Virus record (IMG/VR): IMGVR_UViG_3300010397_000001 | Span: 20,365 to 84,364 of that record | DNA length: 64,000 nucleotides | From: a virus | Strand: one strand, 5' to 3' | Part shown: positions 37,730 to 48,436 of the stretch, piece by piece | Layout of the letters: each line of letters opens with the position of its first letter | Numbering within the stretch: the first letter of the stretch is position 1 | The notes under the pieces: generated by a model | Database searches by the model: none | What the model was told of the DNA's origin: nothing | Seen by the model: the letters and a program-made list of their open reading frames with translations, nothing else | Position numbers and translations under genes: made by a program

Positions 37730-38571
37730 GTGGACATCCCTATCCTCGGACAAGACAACAAGACCACAAAGGACGGTGAGGCGAAGGTAGCCATCCGGCA
37801 GGTGTTCGCCGTCATCTGTTCGGAACACGGCATCCTGGCCTACGATGCATCCAGAACACCGCTTCAGGAGAGCGGTATTGTGGCGGCGCACATCAAGATG
37901 CACGAAGAGTTCAACAAGCGCGCGGAAGACACGCTGTCGCGGATCAGGGCCAACACCAACGCTCGTGACAAGATGCAGTCGACATCGCTGTGTCAGTGCC
38001 CGTGCAGAGACCACACCGGTTGCATCCCGGAAGACCGCGAACACGTCGTCAAGGTGCCCGAAGGAGCCGATGGGTTCCCGTTCCCATCGATGATCTGTTG
38101 TGGGCCGTGCCGCGACTACTGGGCCTGGCGTGAAGAGGAGATGGCCAAGCAGCGCGCCGAGTGGGCCAAGCAGGACGAGGAGGCCGGCGAACCACTCCAC
38201 ACGGCGATGGAATGGTCCAAGATGGACAAGCTGTGGGAGATAAGCGACTGGGAAGGGTTCCGCGGCGTGCCGGCCAACGAGCGGATGACCAAGGACACCT
38301 ACGAGAAGCGCAAGGCACTGTGCGTCGTCGCGCCCAGGGTGCAGCCGTGACCGACCTTGGTGAGATGTTCAAGAAGATCACAGAGTCGGTCGTTTTCACG
38401 CAACCGGCATCGCTGGCCTACCAGGGCAAGCGTGGAGCTACAGCCGACGAGTTCGAGAAGATGACCGACGAGCAGCTCGCCAAGTCCGTCACGGCTATCA
38501 ACCTTCTTCGTGATGCCTGTGACGCCGAGTTCAGACGTCGTCGAGGCAATGGCGGCAAGGTCGAGGACTAA
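37730..38571 (+). CDS. Two hypothetical genes (37730-38350 Cys-rich; 38347-38571)
   Basis: SD aggaga; GTGA coupling. Confidence 0.6.
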
Positions 38572-38580
38572 ACCGGACTC

Positions 38581-38619
38581 AAAGTAGCCAGCCCTTCGTG
38601 AACAGGGGCTGGCTACTTT
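38581..38619. terminator. Bidirectional terminator before the packaging module
   Basis: AAAGTAGCCAGCCCTT/AGGGGCTGGCTACTTT. Confidence 0.8.
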
Positions 38620-38657
38620 GTCATTCACCCCTAGAATGACGGAGACACGATCAGGGG

Positions 38658-40196
38658 GTGGACATGACCGCAGCGGTTGCCGAAAAGCCGAAGCAGAAGC
38701 TCACGAAGGCACAGAAGTCCTTCATCATCCGACAAGCCGTTGAGAAGATGAAGGCTGAGCAGCGGCGCAATCTGCTGATGATGGCCATGCCTCGCCTGGT
38801 GATGCCGTACATCCCACATGTGCCGCATCCCACTCAGCAGGTATTCCTTTCACTGGGTAGATACCGCGAGGTGATGTTCGGTGGTGCTGCCGGCGGTGGC
38901 AAGTCGGACGCGTTGCTCATGGCGGCGCTTCAGTATGTAGACGTTCCGGGATACGCAGCCTTGTTGCTCCGCCGGTCTTGGCCGGACCTGGTGCTTCCAG
39001 GCGCCATCATGGACCGAGCTGGTCAGTGGTTGGCAGACACTCCAGCACGTAAGCGTGATGGTGGCCGCTTGTGGGAGTTTCCATCGGGAGCGCGCTTACA
39101 GTTCGGTTACCTGTCCACGGACAGCGACAAGTACCGCTACGCCAGTGCGGAGTTCCAGTTCATCGGCTTCGACGAGCTGACGCAGTTCCCTGAAGAAGAC
39201 ACCTATACGTTCCTATTCAGCCGTAACCGTCGTCCCAAGCTTGCTTGCCTGAATTGCCAAGAGCCGTTGGCGCGGTACGTCAATCGCAGTCGCGGCGAGA
39301 CAAACCTCTATAAGCACAACACCACCAAGGGGCAGCTTGGCTGTCGGAAGGTCTACCCCGACCCCGCCACACTCCAGCAGTACAAACCAGCCAGTGACGG
39401 CACAACCCTGTTTGACGTACCCCTGCGAGTCCGTAGCGCGTCTAACCCGGGCGGCAGGGGTATGGAATGGGTCAAGCGTCGTTTGGTCGATTCTGGGACT
39501 CGTAGGGCCGGCACAGTGTTCGTGCCTTCGTACCTCACCGATAACCCGTCGCTCGACCAGGATTCATATCGTGAATCACTGTCCTACCTGAACGCGGTGG
39601 AGCAGGCGCGACTTGAAGACGGCGACTGGGAGATGTCGGAGCCAGGCGACATGTTCGACCGCGCCGACTTCCTGTACGTGGAGCAGATGCCGGCCAACGT
39701 CGTAGCGCGCGTTCGGTTCTGGGATCTAGCTGCTACCGAGAACCAGTCATCAGACTGGACTGTCGGCGTGCTGATGGCGTTGCTGGACAACGGTTACGTG
39801 GTGGTGGAGGACGTGGTTCGCTTGCGTGGCAAGCCGGACACCGTCGAAAAGACCATTCTCGCAACGGCGAAGATCGACGGCGTCAACGTGTCGATCCGGT
39901 ACGAAGAGGAAGGTGGATCGTCCGGGCTGATCGTCACGGACACCTATCGCAAGCTGCTCATCGGTTTCGACTTCGACGGCTTGCGACCTACTGGAACCAA
40001 GGCCGCACGAGCCAAGGGCTTCTCGTCCTATGTGGCATCCAAGAAAGTGCTCTGCCTGCTACGCCCATGGGTGGGCGACTACATGCGCGAACTTGAGGCG
40101 TTCCCCAACAAGGGTGTGCACGATGACCAGGTGGACGCCAGCTCTGGCGCGTTCAATGAGTTGGTCATGGGCACCCGCGTTCGATTGCTTGCCTGA
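38658..40196 (+). CDS. terL: Terminase large subunit
   Basis: GGAAGGGKS, FIGFDELTQF, SNPGG, DNPSL, RFWDLA, HDDQVDA. Confidence 0.95.
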   Translation: MDMTAAVAEKPKQKLTKAQKSFIIRQAVEKMKAEQRRNLLMMAMPRLVMPYIPHVPHPTQQVFLSLGRYREVMFGGAAGGGKSDALLMAALQYVDVPGYAALLLRRSWPDLVLPGAIMDRAGQWLADTPARKRDGGRLWEFPSGARLQFGYLSTDSDKYRYASAEFQFIGFDELTQFPEEDTYTFLFSRNRRPKLACLNCQEPLARYVNRSRGETNLYKHNTTKGQLGCRKVYPDPATLQQYKPASDGTTLFDVPLRVRSASNPGGRGMEWVKRRLVDSGTRRAGTVFVPSYLTDNPSLDQDSYRESLSYLNAVEQARLEDGDWEMSEPGDMFDRADFLYVEQMPANVVARVRFWDLAATENQSSDWTVGVLMALLDNGYVVVEDVVRLRGKPDTVEKTILATAKIDGVNVSIRYEEEGGSSGLIVTDTYRKLLIGFDFDGLRPTGTKAARAKGFSSYVASKKVLCLLRPWVGDYMRELEAFPNKGVHDDQVDASSGAFNELVMGTRVRLLA

Positions 40197-40210
40197 ATCA
40201 AGGAGAAGAC

Positions 40211-40570
40211 ATGCCTGATCCATACCGCGTCCACCAAGACGCGCTTCAAGACCTCAAGAATATCGGCAAAGGTGGACACGGTTGGGTCATCCCTAACGGC
40301 ACGGAGCCGGCTAAGTGCGGCGGTCCCAGGTACTGCCGTGAGTGTTCGTTGGAGCTGGCGCTGACCAAGTCACGTGACCGCGTCGTCATCACAGAGGGGT
40401 TGAAGATCGAAGCAGGCGACCGTTTGTTGCTGATCGCCCCTCCGACAGCAACGCAAGCTGACTTCGCCGAAATGGTGGAGAAGATGCGCGCCAAGTTCCC
40501 TGACGTTGACATCACGGTTGTGGCCGGCTTCACCGGAGTACAGGTTCATCGCCAGGAACCAGAGTTCTGA
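40211..40570 (+). CDS. Hypothetical protein
   Basis: SD aaggag. Confidence 0.6.
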   Translation: MPDPYRVHQDALQDLKNIGKGGHGWVIPNGTEPAKCGGPRYCRECSLELALTKSRDRVVITEGLKIEAGDRLLLIAPPTATQADFAEMVEKMRAKFPDVDITVVAGFTGVQVHRQEPEF

Positions 40571-40593
40571 CAGCTACGATTTAGGGAAACTGA

Positions 40594-40770
40594 ATGGAAG
40601 ACGAAAACAACGAGGGGAACTTGGCAGGTCCAGAGATTGCGCAGATTATCTGCGCTCTCGCCGGTATTGCCTGCGGTGTGACTGGCACTCTGCTGGTGGG
40701 TGGTGTCGGCTGGATGCTGATATTCCTCTGCTTTGTCCTTTTCCTGACCGTGTACATCCTGGGTAAGTGA
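40594..40770 (+). CDS. 58-aa two-TM membrane protein upstream of portal (not in ORF track)
   Basis: MEDENNEG..IICALAGIACGVTG..GWMLIFLCFVLFLTVYILGK. Confidence 0.6.
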   Translation: MEDENNEGNLAGPEIAQIICALAGIACGVTGTLLVGGVGWMLIFLCFVLFLTVYILGK

Positions 40771-40784
40771 CGTAAGGAGATCCG

Positions 40785-43223
40785 GTGCCGGAGTTCAAGT
40801 TCGCACCTTCGATTGTCAAGAGGGCCATCGGTGGTCGTGTGAACACCGGTGCCGGCAGTCCGACCTCTCACGCCATTGCAGGCTCGACTGCTGCCTTGGT
40901 TGGTCCATACGGCTCTGTGTTTGACCCTGCCCGCAACGGCTGGGATGTTGACGAGGTCATGCGCCGCGGTCTCGAACGCGTGATCTGGGTATTCCGGTGT
41001 GTTGACGCCATCGCGAGCAATCAGTCGAAGCTTCACATGGTTGTGCGGCAAGGCGATCCGCTCGAAGGGCCGATCGTCAAGGACGTCAACCTGTTCAACC
41101 TGCTGAACATGCGAACCAACGACTACGAGACGTCAATGCAGTGGCGGTACCGGCTTTCCGGTCAGCTACTGCTGTCGAAGCGCGGTGCTTTCATCGAAGT
41201 AGAGCGAGACGCATTCGGCATCCCGGTTGCGCTGCACCTGTTGCCACCGTCCCATGTGGAGCCAATTCCGCACAAGGACAAGTTCGTCGATGGGTACCGG
41301 CTCACGATGGGCGATGGAAGTTACCGCGATCTGCCCAATGAGAAGGTGATCTGGCTTCGTTTGAAGCCACACCCCATCGACCCCTATGCGCAGTTGACGC
41401 CGATGACGGCTGCCGGTCTCGCGATGGAGACAGACTGGCTGGCACGGCTGTTCAACGCCAACTTCCTCCGCAACGATGGTCGGCCTGGCCTGGTGATCGG
41501 CATCAAGGGCAAGACGAATCCTCAGGATGCGAAAGAGATCAGGGACCGCTTCGGCAGCGGCGGTCCATCTCGCGCCGGCCGTGTTTCAGTCATTGAAGCT
41601 GACGACATCGTTGTGCAAGACCTCGGCGCTAATCCGCACGATCTTCAGTACCTACAGACAATCGCAGGCAGCAAAGAAGACATCCTGCTTGCCTTCGGTG
41701 TGTCGGAGTCAGTGCTTGGTAACGCCAGTGGCCGAACGTTCGACAACGCCGACGCGGAGCTTGAAGGCTTCTGGTCCGAGACCATGACGTCGCACTGTGA
41801 CCCGATGGCTCGTGGTCTCGACGACTTGACCGGTAGCACGACGGACAACAAGTTCGTCAGCTTCGACTACAACCGAGTCGCTGTACTTCAGCGGCACAAG
41901 CAAGCCAAGCTGGACAAGGCTCTGGCTAACTTCCAGGCCGGCACGATGACGCTTGACGAGTACTTCATCGAAATCGGCAAGGAACCGTGGGATGTGCCGG
42001 CGTCACGGGTGATCTACCTGTCCAATGGCGTGGTGGTGGCGCGTGACCAAGAGGACCAGGACGCCGTTGACAAGCTGCTGCCTCAGCCGATCATTCCGGC
42101 CATCATGGCTGGTGCGTTGGCTCAAGGAGGACAGCCGCCGGTTGGTGGCGCACCTGGACAACCACAGTTGCCTGGTGCTCAGCCGCCTGTGGGACAGGGA
42201 CAGCCAGCCATCTCGCAGAACCCTCAGCAGGTCCCTGCCGGCTTCCAGGACATGATTGCCAACCGTGCTCGGCAGTTGGCGTTGACCGCACGTGCTAGCA
42301 AGGGTTACACCCCTGTGCGCCCACGTGTCCAGGTCATCGAACGCAAGGAAGGTCATCCCTACGAGACAATCCGTGAACGGTATGAAGGGATGTTCAACGG
42401 CGCTATCGAGGTGTGGTCGGTTCAGCAGGCCGACTTCTTCACTGATCGCCTGGACACAACCAGCGTGCGGCGAAACACTCGTCACTGGTCAGTTGACGAC
42501 AGTACGGAAATCGTCGGCGTCAAGGCACTCGACCCGTCGAAGGTGGTGGACGACAAACGGTGGACCGGTGATCTCGTTCGCGGAATGTCTTCCATGATGT
42601 CCAAAGTGGTTTTCCGTGCCATCAAGGACAGCGCAACTCAGATGGACAACATGGGCGTTCTTCGTGTCATGAACGCGAACGGCCTGGGGAGCACGCAGGG
42701 GCGTACGAAGGCTGCCAGGGTATACGGGACTACCGAAGCCATGGAAACGGCCGTCACAGACCTCCTGACACCCCTAAACTGGGTCGTCGAACAGGCCGCT
42801 ACGGCGCAGTTGGCCAGGATCAAGGAGAAAATCGCCACGCTGGACGCTGACGGAAAATCGATGGCGTTCATCAAACGTGAGGTGGCCAGCGCCGCTGGAC
42901 GAAATTCCGACTGGCGATCCAACCTGGCTCGGTTCCTGACTACTTCACTGGTTGAAGGCGCCCAGTACAAGACGTGGAGTCAGGCTGGCGATCTGGTAGA
43001 TCACACGTGGAACACCGTCGAAGACGAGAAGGTGCGCCACACCCACCGGGAGATCGACGGAACCACGATCCCCATCGGCGTTGACTTCAAGGTGGGTGGT
43101 GAGCATGCACCGTACCCGGCTTACCACGGGCTATCGATGAAGGAAAAGGCCGGCTGCCGCTGCTGGACCGGCTATGCCATCTCGGACAAGGGGGCTGGCG
43201 CGTATGACCGGTTGGCAAGCTGA
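40785..43223 (+). CDS. HK97-type portal protein fused to a MuF-like head morphogenesis domain
   Basis: VFRCVDAIA, LLPPSHV, NDGRPG, AFGV...LG; C-terminal W....DEKVRHTH...G...CRC. Confidence 0.9.
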   Translation: MPEFKFAPSIVKRAIGGRVNTGAGSPTSHAIAGSTAALVGPYGSVFDPARNGWDVDEVMRRGLERVIWVFRCVDAIASNQSKLHMVVRQGDPLEGPIVKDVNLFNLLNMRTNDYETSMQWRYRLSGQLLLSKRGAFIEVERDAFGIPVALHLLPPSHVEPIPHKDKFVDGYRLTMGDGSYRDLPNEKVIWLRLKPHPIDPYAQLTPMTAAGLAMETDWLARLFNANFLRNDGRPGLVIGIKGKTNPQDAKEIRDRFGSGGPSRAGRVSVIEADDIVVQDLGANPHDLQYLQTIAGSKEDILLAFGVSESVLGNASGRTFDNADAELEGFWSETMTSHCDPMARGLDDLTGSTTDNKFVSFDYNRVAVLQRHKQAKLDKALANFQAGTMTLDEYFIEIGKEPWDVPASRVIYLSNGVVVARDQEDQDAVDKLLPQPIIPAIMAGALAQGGQPPVGGAPGQPQLPGAQPPVGQGQPAISQNPQQVPAGFQDMIANRARQLALTARASKGYTPVRPRVQVIERKEGHPYETIRERYEGMFNGAIEVWSVQQADFFTDRLDTTSVRRNTRHWSVDDSTEIVGVKALDPSKVVDDKRWTGDLVRGMSSMMSKVVFRAIKDSATQMDNMGVLRVMNANGLGSTQGRTKAARVYGTTEAMETAVTDLLTPLNWVVEQAATAQLARIKEKIATLDADGKSMAFIKREVASAAGRNSDWRSNLARFLTTSLVEGAQYKTWSQAGDLVDHTWNTVEDEKVRHTHREIDGTTIPIGVDFKVGGEHAPYPAYHGLSMKEKAGCRCWTGYAISDKGAGAYDRLAS

Positions 43224-43530
43224 CATCGAGCGACTTCACAACCTTCGCGAACAGATGCTGTCAGAACTCACGCGCTATCAGTCCAATTTCAATGTGCCGG
43301 TCTACAACTTCGACGGCACGAGGATTAAAAGTGCTGAAGAGCTGGCGGCCGCAACAGGGATGCCCTTATCAGAGGCTGTCGAGCGTATGAGCCGTTACCC
43401 TTATGAAAGAGAGGTAAAGGACGTCCATAGCGCCTCTGCTGAAGAAGCGCTATCCGTGGGTGTCGGCACAGTTGTTGAACGAGCGGCGAAGTTGGTTCGC
43501 CGCAAGAAGCGAAAGACGAGGACGACATGA
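43204..43530 (+). CDS. Hypothetical protein
   Basis: Coupled on both sides. Confidence 0.55.
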   Translation: MTGWQADIERLHNLREQMLSELTRYQSNFNVPVYNFDGTRIKSAEELAAATGMPLSEAVERMSRYPYEREVKDVHSASAEEALSVGVGTVVERAAKLVRRKKRKTRTT

Positions 43531-44012
43531 GGGTTGTTACCAAGTCGGCTCCCACCGTCACGGTGACCAAGAGCACGATCACCGGTCTGATGACGGACAT
43601 CACGCCGACGCAGAACAAGCAGTTCCGCTTCGACGGCACTCAGGCGTACTGGAAGCTGGTCACCAACCAGGGCAGCAAGACCTTCGAGGGCGGCAAGCGC
43701 CAGCTCTTCATGCCGGGTCAGACCTACACGCAGGCCGAGATCGACGCCGCGTTCCCGGCAGCCACGCTGACCTCCATCACGCCGGCTACCGGCCTGGCCG
43801 CCGGTGGCCAGGCCGTCACCATCAAGGGCACCAACCTCGGCGGTGTCACGGCGCTGACGATGGGTGGCACCACGTTCACCTCCATCGTCATCGTGGACGA
43901 CAACACCATCACGGCAGTCACTCCGGCGAAGACGGCCGGCGCGTACAACGTGGTGGCCACCGACGACTCCGGCGCGACGCCTACGCTGACCAACGGGTTC
44001 ACCTACTCCTGA
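43527..44012 (+). CDS. Ig-like IPT/TIG virion protein
   Basis: LTSITPATG...GGQAVTIKGTN..TITAVTPA..AG.YNV..GFTY. Confidence 0.85.
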   Translation: MRVVTKSAPTVTVTKSTITGLMTDITPTQNKQFRFDGTQAYWKLVTNQGSKTFEGGKRQLFMPGQTYTQAEIDAAFPAATLTSITPATGLAAGGQAVTIKGTNLGGVTALTMGGTTFTSIVIVDDNTITAVTPAKTAGAYNVVATDDSGATPTLTNGFTYS

Positions 44013-44119
44013 TCCTTCTCCACTTCAACAACTGAAGCAACAATCCACGGGACCGGTCCGGGGAGCGGACGACTTGCGGCGTCCCTTCCTCGGACCTTCC
44101 GCATATAGGAGCTGAATCA

Positions 44120-47100
44120 GTGGGTACTGAGCACACCGGCGCCATGGTCGCACTGGTGCCTTCCAAGCGCCACATCAACCGTCTGGCTGCCGATGGAGGC
44201 GAAGACCCCAACGAGCTGCACATGACGCTTAAGTACCTCGGCAAGGCAGCCGACTACAGCCCTGGCGACCGGCGTGACGTCATCGACTCCGTGAAGCGTG
44301 CCATCAAGGGTATGGGGCCGGTAAAGGCTCTTGGCTTCGCAGTCAGCATGTTCAATCCCAAGGCTGAAGAAGCCTGCATCGTGCTCGGCTGTGGCGGCGC
44401 CGAGCTGCACGGTGTGCACGAAGCCATCAGTTCCGAAGTGGACGGTGGGCCGGAAGAGCACAAACCCTGGATCCCCCACGTCACGCTGAAGTACACCGGC
44501 AATCCTGACGAGGTGGGCGATCACGTCGGCAAAACCGGTCCGATCACCTTCGACAAGGTACGAGTGGCGTTCGGTGGCAAGAACACCGATATCCCCCTCG
44601 ATGGTGATGCTTCATGGTCTGAAGACGACGAAGAGGGGCTGAAGGAAGACTTCAACGCCTTCATTGAGTACAAAGACACTCTGACCGACCTGGAGGAAAA
44701 GAAGCTTCGCCATGTGCGCACTGAAGCAGGCGTACATCGGTTCCACGCTCCCATCGGTAGCCCCATTGTTGGCCATGGTGGGTCTGACCACGCCCTGACG
44801 TCGTTCAAGGTGATCGAGTCCGACTATCACGGCTTCGACAAGGTGGAGGACCACCACGGCGGTCAGTACTACGTGGGTAAGTGGCCGGGTGAGAGGGGTG
44901 TCTGGGTAACTGATGCCAAGGACGACAACAACGTCATCGCTCACGCTGCTGATGAAGCCGGCGCGCTGACGGCGTTGGATGCCGCCATCAAGAAAGGCGG
45001 AGGCACAGCGCTTCACCACGTGAAGCCGAAGCCTGCTGGCCCTTCAGCGCGTGAAAAATTGCGCAATGCAGAGGTGATGCACGGTAGCGACCGCAGCAAG
45101 TGGACACCCAAGCAGCGCGCCGATGCAGCCAAGTTGGAAGCCCAGGCGGCTACAGAACACGGCGGAGAGTCTCCCAAGGAAGAGTACGACCGGCTGACTG
45201 CACTCCCGCTCTCTCAGCAGACACGAGCCATTCAGGCCCGTATCAGGACACTAGGCAATCTACGCGAGAACACCGGCGTAGGACGCGACGAACAAGCAAA
45301 GTACCCGCATATCAAGCCAGTTGCTTCAGAGTACGACGACTATGAGAAGTTCAAGGGGGCTGACGGTAAGGACTACTACCTCCACAAGACCGGACGTAAG
45401 TGGGAAGCCGTTGACGCCAACGATCACTCCATCATGTCCGGCAGTCGTGACGATGTTCTTAGCTCTCTGAACTACTACGCCAGCAAGAATGCGAGCGCAA
45501 CTTCTGCTCGCGGTAGTGCTTCATCGAATACAGGTGATGGTCTCGACAAGATGACTCTCGCACAGTTGCGTGAAGTAGCGCGTCAGGAGCTGTCCACTGG
45601 TACGAAGATCGGTACTCGTGCCGGCCTGATCAGCGTTATCCGTAAGCAGCGTGAAAACAGGGCCAAAGCACCTACCGCAGCATCGTCAGAGCCGAAGGAT
45701 ACTGTTCGACTGAAGCCACACCAGCTCCGTCCTGGTATGCGCGTTCAGGTGCGCAAGTACAAAGACGGCCAGGATATGGGTGTCGAGTGGGACCGCATCG
45801 GCATGTTGTCTAACCAGCGTGCGCAACACAGGGTGGGAATGGCCCATTTCTCTGCTGGCATGTACACGGTCTACAACTCACGTGGCGAGCACATCACTTC
45901 GCTGTCGCCGAACAGCAGTATGGTCGCAGACGCTTCATCTGGTGAAATACCCTCGGCACGCCCACGTCTGATGAGCTTGGGCGCGTTTGGTTCTGAGCGT
46001 GTTCTGGTTCCGTCTACGCACGCAATCGAAGAGTACGGCTTGCCTGAACCGCAGGTACTCGAACACGCCGGCAACTCCATCGACCCAAACGATCCAAACT
46101 ACGGCCGTCCGGCTATCGCTCGGGAGATTCAGGCCCGTCTCGACAGGGAGACCAGGCCTGGTGTAAGAGACCAGCTTCAGAAAGAGCTTGACAACTATAA
46201 CCGAATGAGTGCTGTTCCTTCAGCTAGCGTTCCTAAGACAGAGCGAGAACACCAGGCGGCATTCGAAGCTACTAGTCGACCGCTTGGTGTCAGTCGTGCT
46301 CAAGCCGCTAGTAGTGGTCTTGAACACGGTGTTTCGAAGGAACGTGTAGATGAAGGTGAGCAAGAAGTTCTTGACGCTGTAAAGAGGCTCGTTGGGAACG
46401 ACCCCAGTAGTGAGTACGCTTCCATCGCTGATGTCCGCGATGAACTTGCCATAAGAGGGTTCACTACTGAGGAGCAGGACGCCGTCTTTGAACGCATGGC
46501 GTTGGCCAGTTACAAGAAAGCATCGCTTATCCCTCAAGCGAACACCAAGGCGGTTAGCGCCAGGGATCGACAGAACGCCTTCGTCTTTCGCAAAGTCCGT
46601 GAGTCTGTTGCGGCTGGTAACAAGGAGCCGTATGACGAGATCACGGCAATCAAGCTGCGTGGTGCGGATGAAAACAAGCCTTTGGAACCAGTTGAATCGC
46701 CCGAGGATGTAGCTTCACGTCTGATCAATTCTGAGTATCACAACATCATCCGTAACAATGAAGGACCCAACGACACCAGCGATGCGCTCCGTGCTATCAG
46801 CTCTGAGGTCGGGGCACGCGTCATCTCGCACGACGAAGCAGTTCAGCGGTTGAACAATCTCCGCAGCTCCACGACGGACAAATACGAGAAACAGTCCATC
46901 GGTGCGCTGATAAATGTGGTTCGAAAGACGAAGCCTCAAGAGCCTTCTGTACATCAGTCTCAAGTCAATAAGATTGACGCGCGCGTGCACAGTGACGTGC
47001 TCAAGCCTGTGTCTTCGAAGTTCCCTGGCTGGGATCGGTTCCGTGGCAGCGACAACAAGTATTACGACCTCGGCAAGGCCGATGACGATGGTCGTTGGTA

Positions 47101-48385
47101 TGCCACTGGTCGTGGAGGCTGGGACGAGATCGTAGCTTCTGGCGATTCACGAGATGAAGCTCTGGCAGCCCTAAACGCACATCTGATGGGGAAGGGTGAT
47201 TCGAGCATCGCCAGGGGAGATGGGCCGGATGTGACGACGGCGGCCAGGAATCTCCAGGCGAAGATCAAGAAATCACAATCTCGGAAGCCTACTGTTCTAC
47301 CGTCTGTACCGCCTGTGTCAGATGCCTTGCGCGCTCGTGCTGCGCAGTCACCGACCATGCGGTCGATGTTGAACCGACCGGCGTCGAGTGAGATTAGATG
47401 GGTAGACAGGGCAGGTCGTCCTGTCCCTAACCCGTCACAAGTAGATATCGTTCGAGGGAATGTTCGTCAGGCAAAGACGGTCGAGCACGCTCTTCAGATC
47501 GCCTACAAAGTGTCTGGTGCTTCAGCCGCTGGAGAAGCAGGTGGCTCGGCACTGTCCAGCACATTCAACAGCGCACATCCGCGTGGAGGCAAGGGATCTG
47601 CTGCCGGCGGCAAGTTCGTGAAGAAAGGCAGCGGATCTCCGAAGAAGGCCGTCAAGTCAACAGGCAAGAACAACAGCAGCATCAAGAGTGGGCTGAAGAG
47701 AGGTGCCAACGGACCTGATGTGAAGAACCTTCAGCACGCCTTGAACGCTGCACTAGGAGCAAACCTCGCCGAGGACAGCAGTTTCGGACCCTTGACGGAG
47801 GCCGCGGTTCGTGGAGCACAGAAGGGTCTCGGACTTCCGGTCACCGGTGTGGCTGATCAGCGTCTACTTGACGCACTGAACGGAAAGGTCGCTTCCAAGC
47901 CGGCGGTGAAGGCAGCGAAGAAGGCAGTCAAGCGGAGCGCGAAGAAGGCGACCAAGAAGTCCACTAGCCGGCGCCGTACCGCAAGCACACAGACAACATC
48001 TCAAACTTCCACAGTTGGCGGTCGTGAGGTCGAATCGCAAGGTCAGGCGACCAAGCACAAGTCCATCGTGGACAGAGCGTTCTTCATCTGCAACAAGGCT
48101 GCCGTCATAACACCTGGCGGCAGAGTCGGTGACGACTCATCACACAACTTCTCTCCTCGGCAGAACTGGGTAGATAAGGTCGGCGGTCTTCCTAAGTACA
48201 TCCGCGAGATTCGAAACGCCCTGGTGCGCAGCGGCCACAGCGAGTCGGAGGCGACGTCGCTGGCCATTGGTGCTGTCAAACGATGGGCACGCGGTGGAGG
48301 CAACGTGAGCGCCAAGGTTCGTGCTGCTGCCGCCGCTGCTGTAGCAGAGTGGGGAGCAAAGCGGGCATCAGCCCACGCGCATTAG
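44120..48385 (+). CDS. 1421-aa multidomain head-module protein: 2H phosphoesterase, 3 repeats, PG-binding domain
   Basis: HMT and HVT 2H motifs; PG-binding-like LKRGANGPDVKNLQ..FGPLTEAAVR..Q..GL; lies between portal and protease. Confidence 0.85.
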   Translation: MGTEHTGAMVALVPSKRHINRLAADGGEDPNELHMTLKYLGKAADYSPGDRRDVIDSVKRAIKGMGPVKALGFAVSMFNPKAEEACIVLGCGGAELHGVHEAISSEVDGGPEEHKPWIPHVTLKYTGNPDEVGDHVGKTGPITFDKVRVAFGGKNTDIPLDGDASWSEDDEEGLKEDFNAFIEYKDTLTDLEEKKLRHVRTEAGVHRFHAPIGSPIVGHGGSDHALTSFKVIESDYHGFDKVEDHHGGQYYVGKWPGERGVWVTDAKDDNNVIAHAADEAGALTALDAAIKKGGGTALHHVKPKPAGPSAREKLRNAEVMHGSDRSKWTPKQRADAAKLEAQAATEHGGESPKEEYDRLTALPLSQQTRAIQARIRTLGNLRENTGVGRDEQAKYPHIKPVASEYDDYEKFKGADGKDYYLHKTGRKWEAVDANDHSIMSGSRDDVLSSLNYYASKNASATSARGSASSNTGDGLDKMTLAQLREVARQELSTGTKIGTRAGLISVIRKQRENRAKAPTAASSEPKDTVRLKPHQLRPGMRVQVRKYKDGQDMGVEWDRIGMLSNQRAQHRVGMAHFSAGMYTVYNSRGEHITSLSPNSSMVADASSGEIPSARPRLMSLGAFGSERVLVPSTHAIEEYGLPEPQVLEHAGNSIDPNDPNYGRPAIAREIQARLDRETRPGVRDQLQKELDNYNRMSAVPSASVPKTEREHQAAFEATSRPLGVSRAQAASSGLEHGVSKERVDEGEQEVLDAVKRLVGNDPSSEYASIADVRDELAIRGFTTEEQDAVFERMALASYKKASLIPQANTKAVSARDRQNAFVFRKVRESVAAGNKEPYDEITAIKLRGADENKPLEPVESPEDVASRLINSEYHNIIRNNEGPNDTSDALRAISSEVGARVISHDEAVQRLNNLRSSTTDKYEKQSIGALINVVRKTKPQEPSVHQSQVNKIDARVHSDVLKPVSSKFPGWDRFRGSDNKYYDLGKADDDGRWYATGRGGWDEIVASGDSRDEALAALNAHLMGKGDSSIARGDGPDVTTAARNLQAKIKKSQSRKPTVLPSVPPVSDALRARAAQSPTMRSMLNRPASSEIRWVDRAGRPVPNPSQVDIVRGNVRQAKTVEHALQIAYKVSGASAAGEAGGSALSSTFNSAHPRGGKGSAAGGKFVKKGSGSPKKAVKSTGKNNSSIKSGLKRGANGPDVKNLQHALNAALGANLAEDSSFGPLTEAAVRGAQKGLGLPVTGVADQRLLDALNGKVASKPAVKAAKKAVKRSAKKATKKSTSRRRTASTQTTSQTSTVGGREVESQGQATKHKSIVDRAFFICNKAAVITPGGRVGDDSSHNFSPRQNWVDKVGGLPKYIREIRNALVRSGHSESEATSLAIGAVKRWARGGGNVSAKVRAAAAAAVAEWGAKRASAHAH

Positions 48386-48436
48386 GTCTTTCAAGTCGAG
48401 TACGATGCATTCAGTTGACAAACACCGGGAGTAGTC

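Noticed and set aside
39237-39416. Intein in TerL
   Set aside because: Too short and lacks a His-Asn/Cys-Ser-Thr splice junction.
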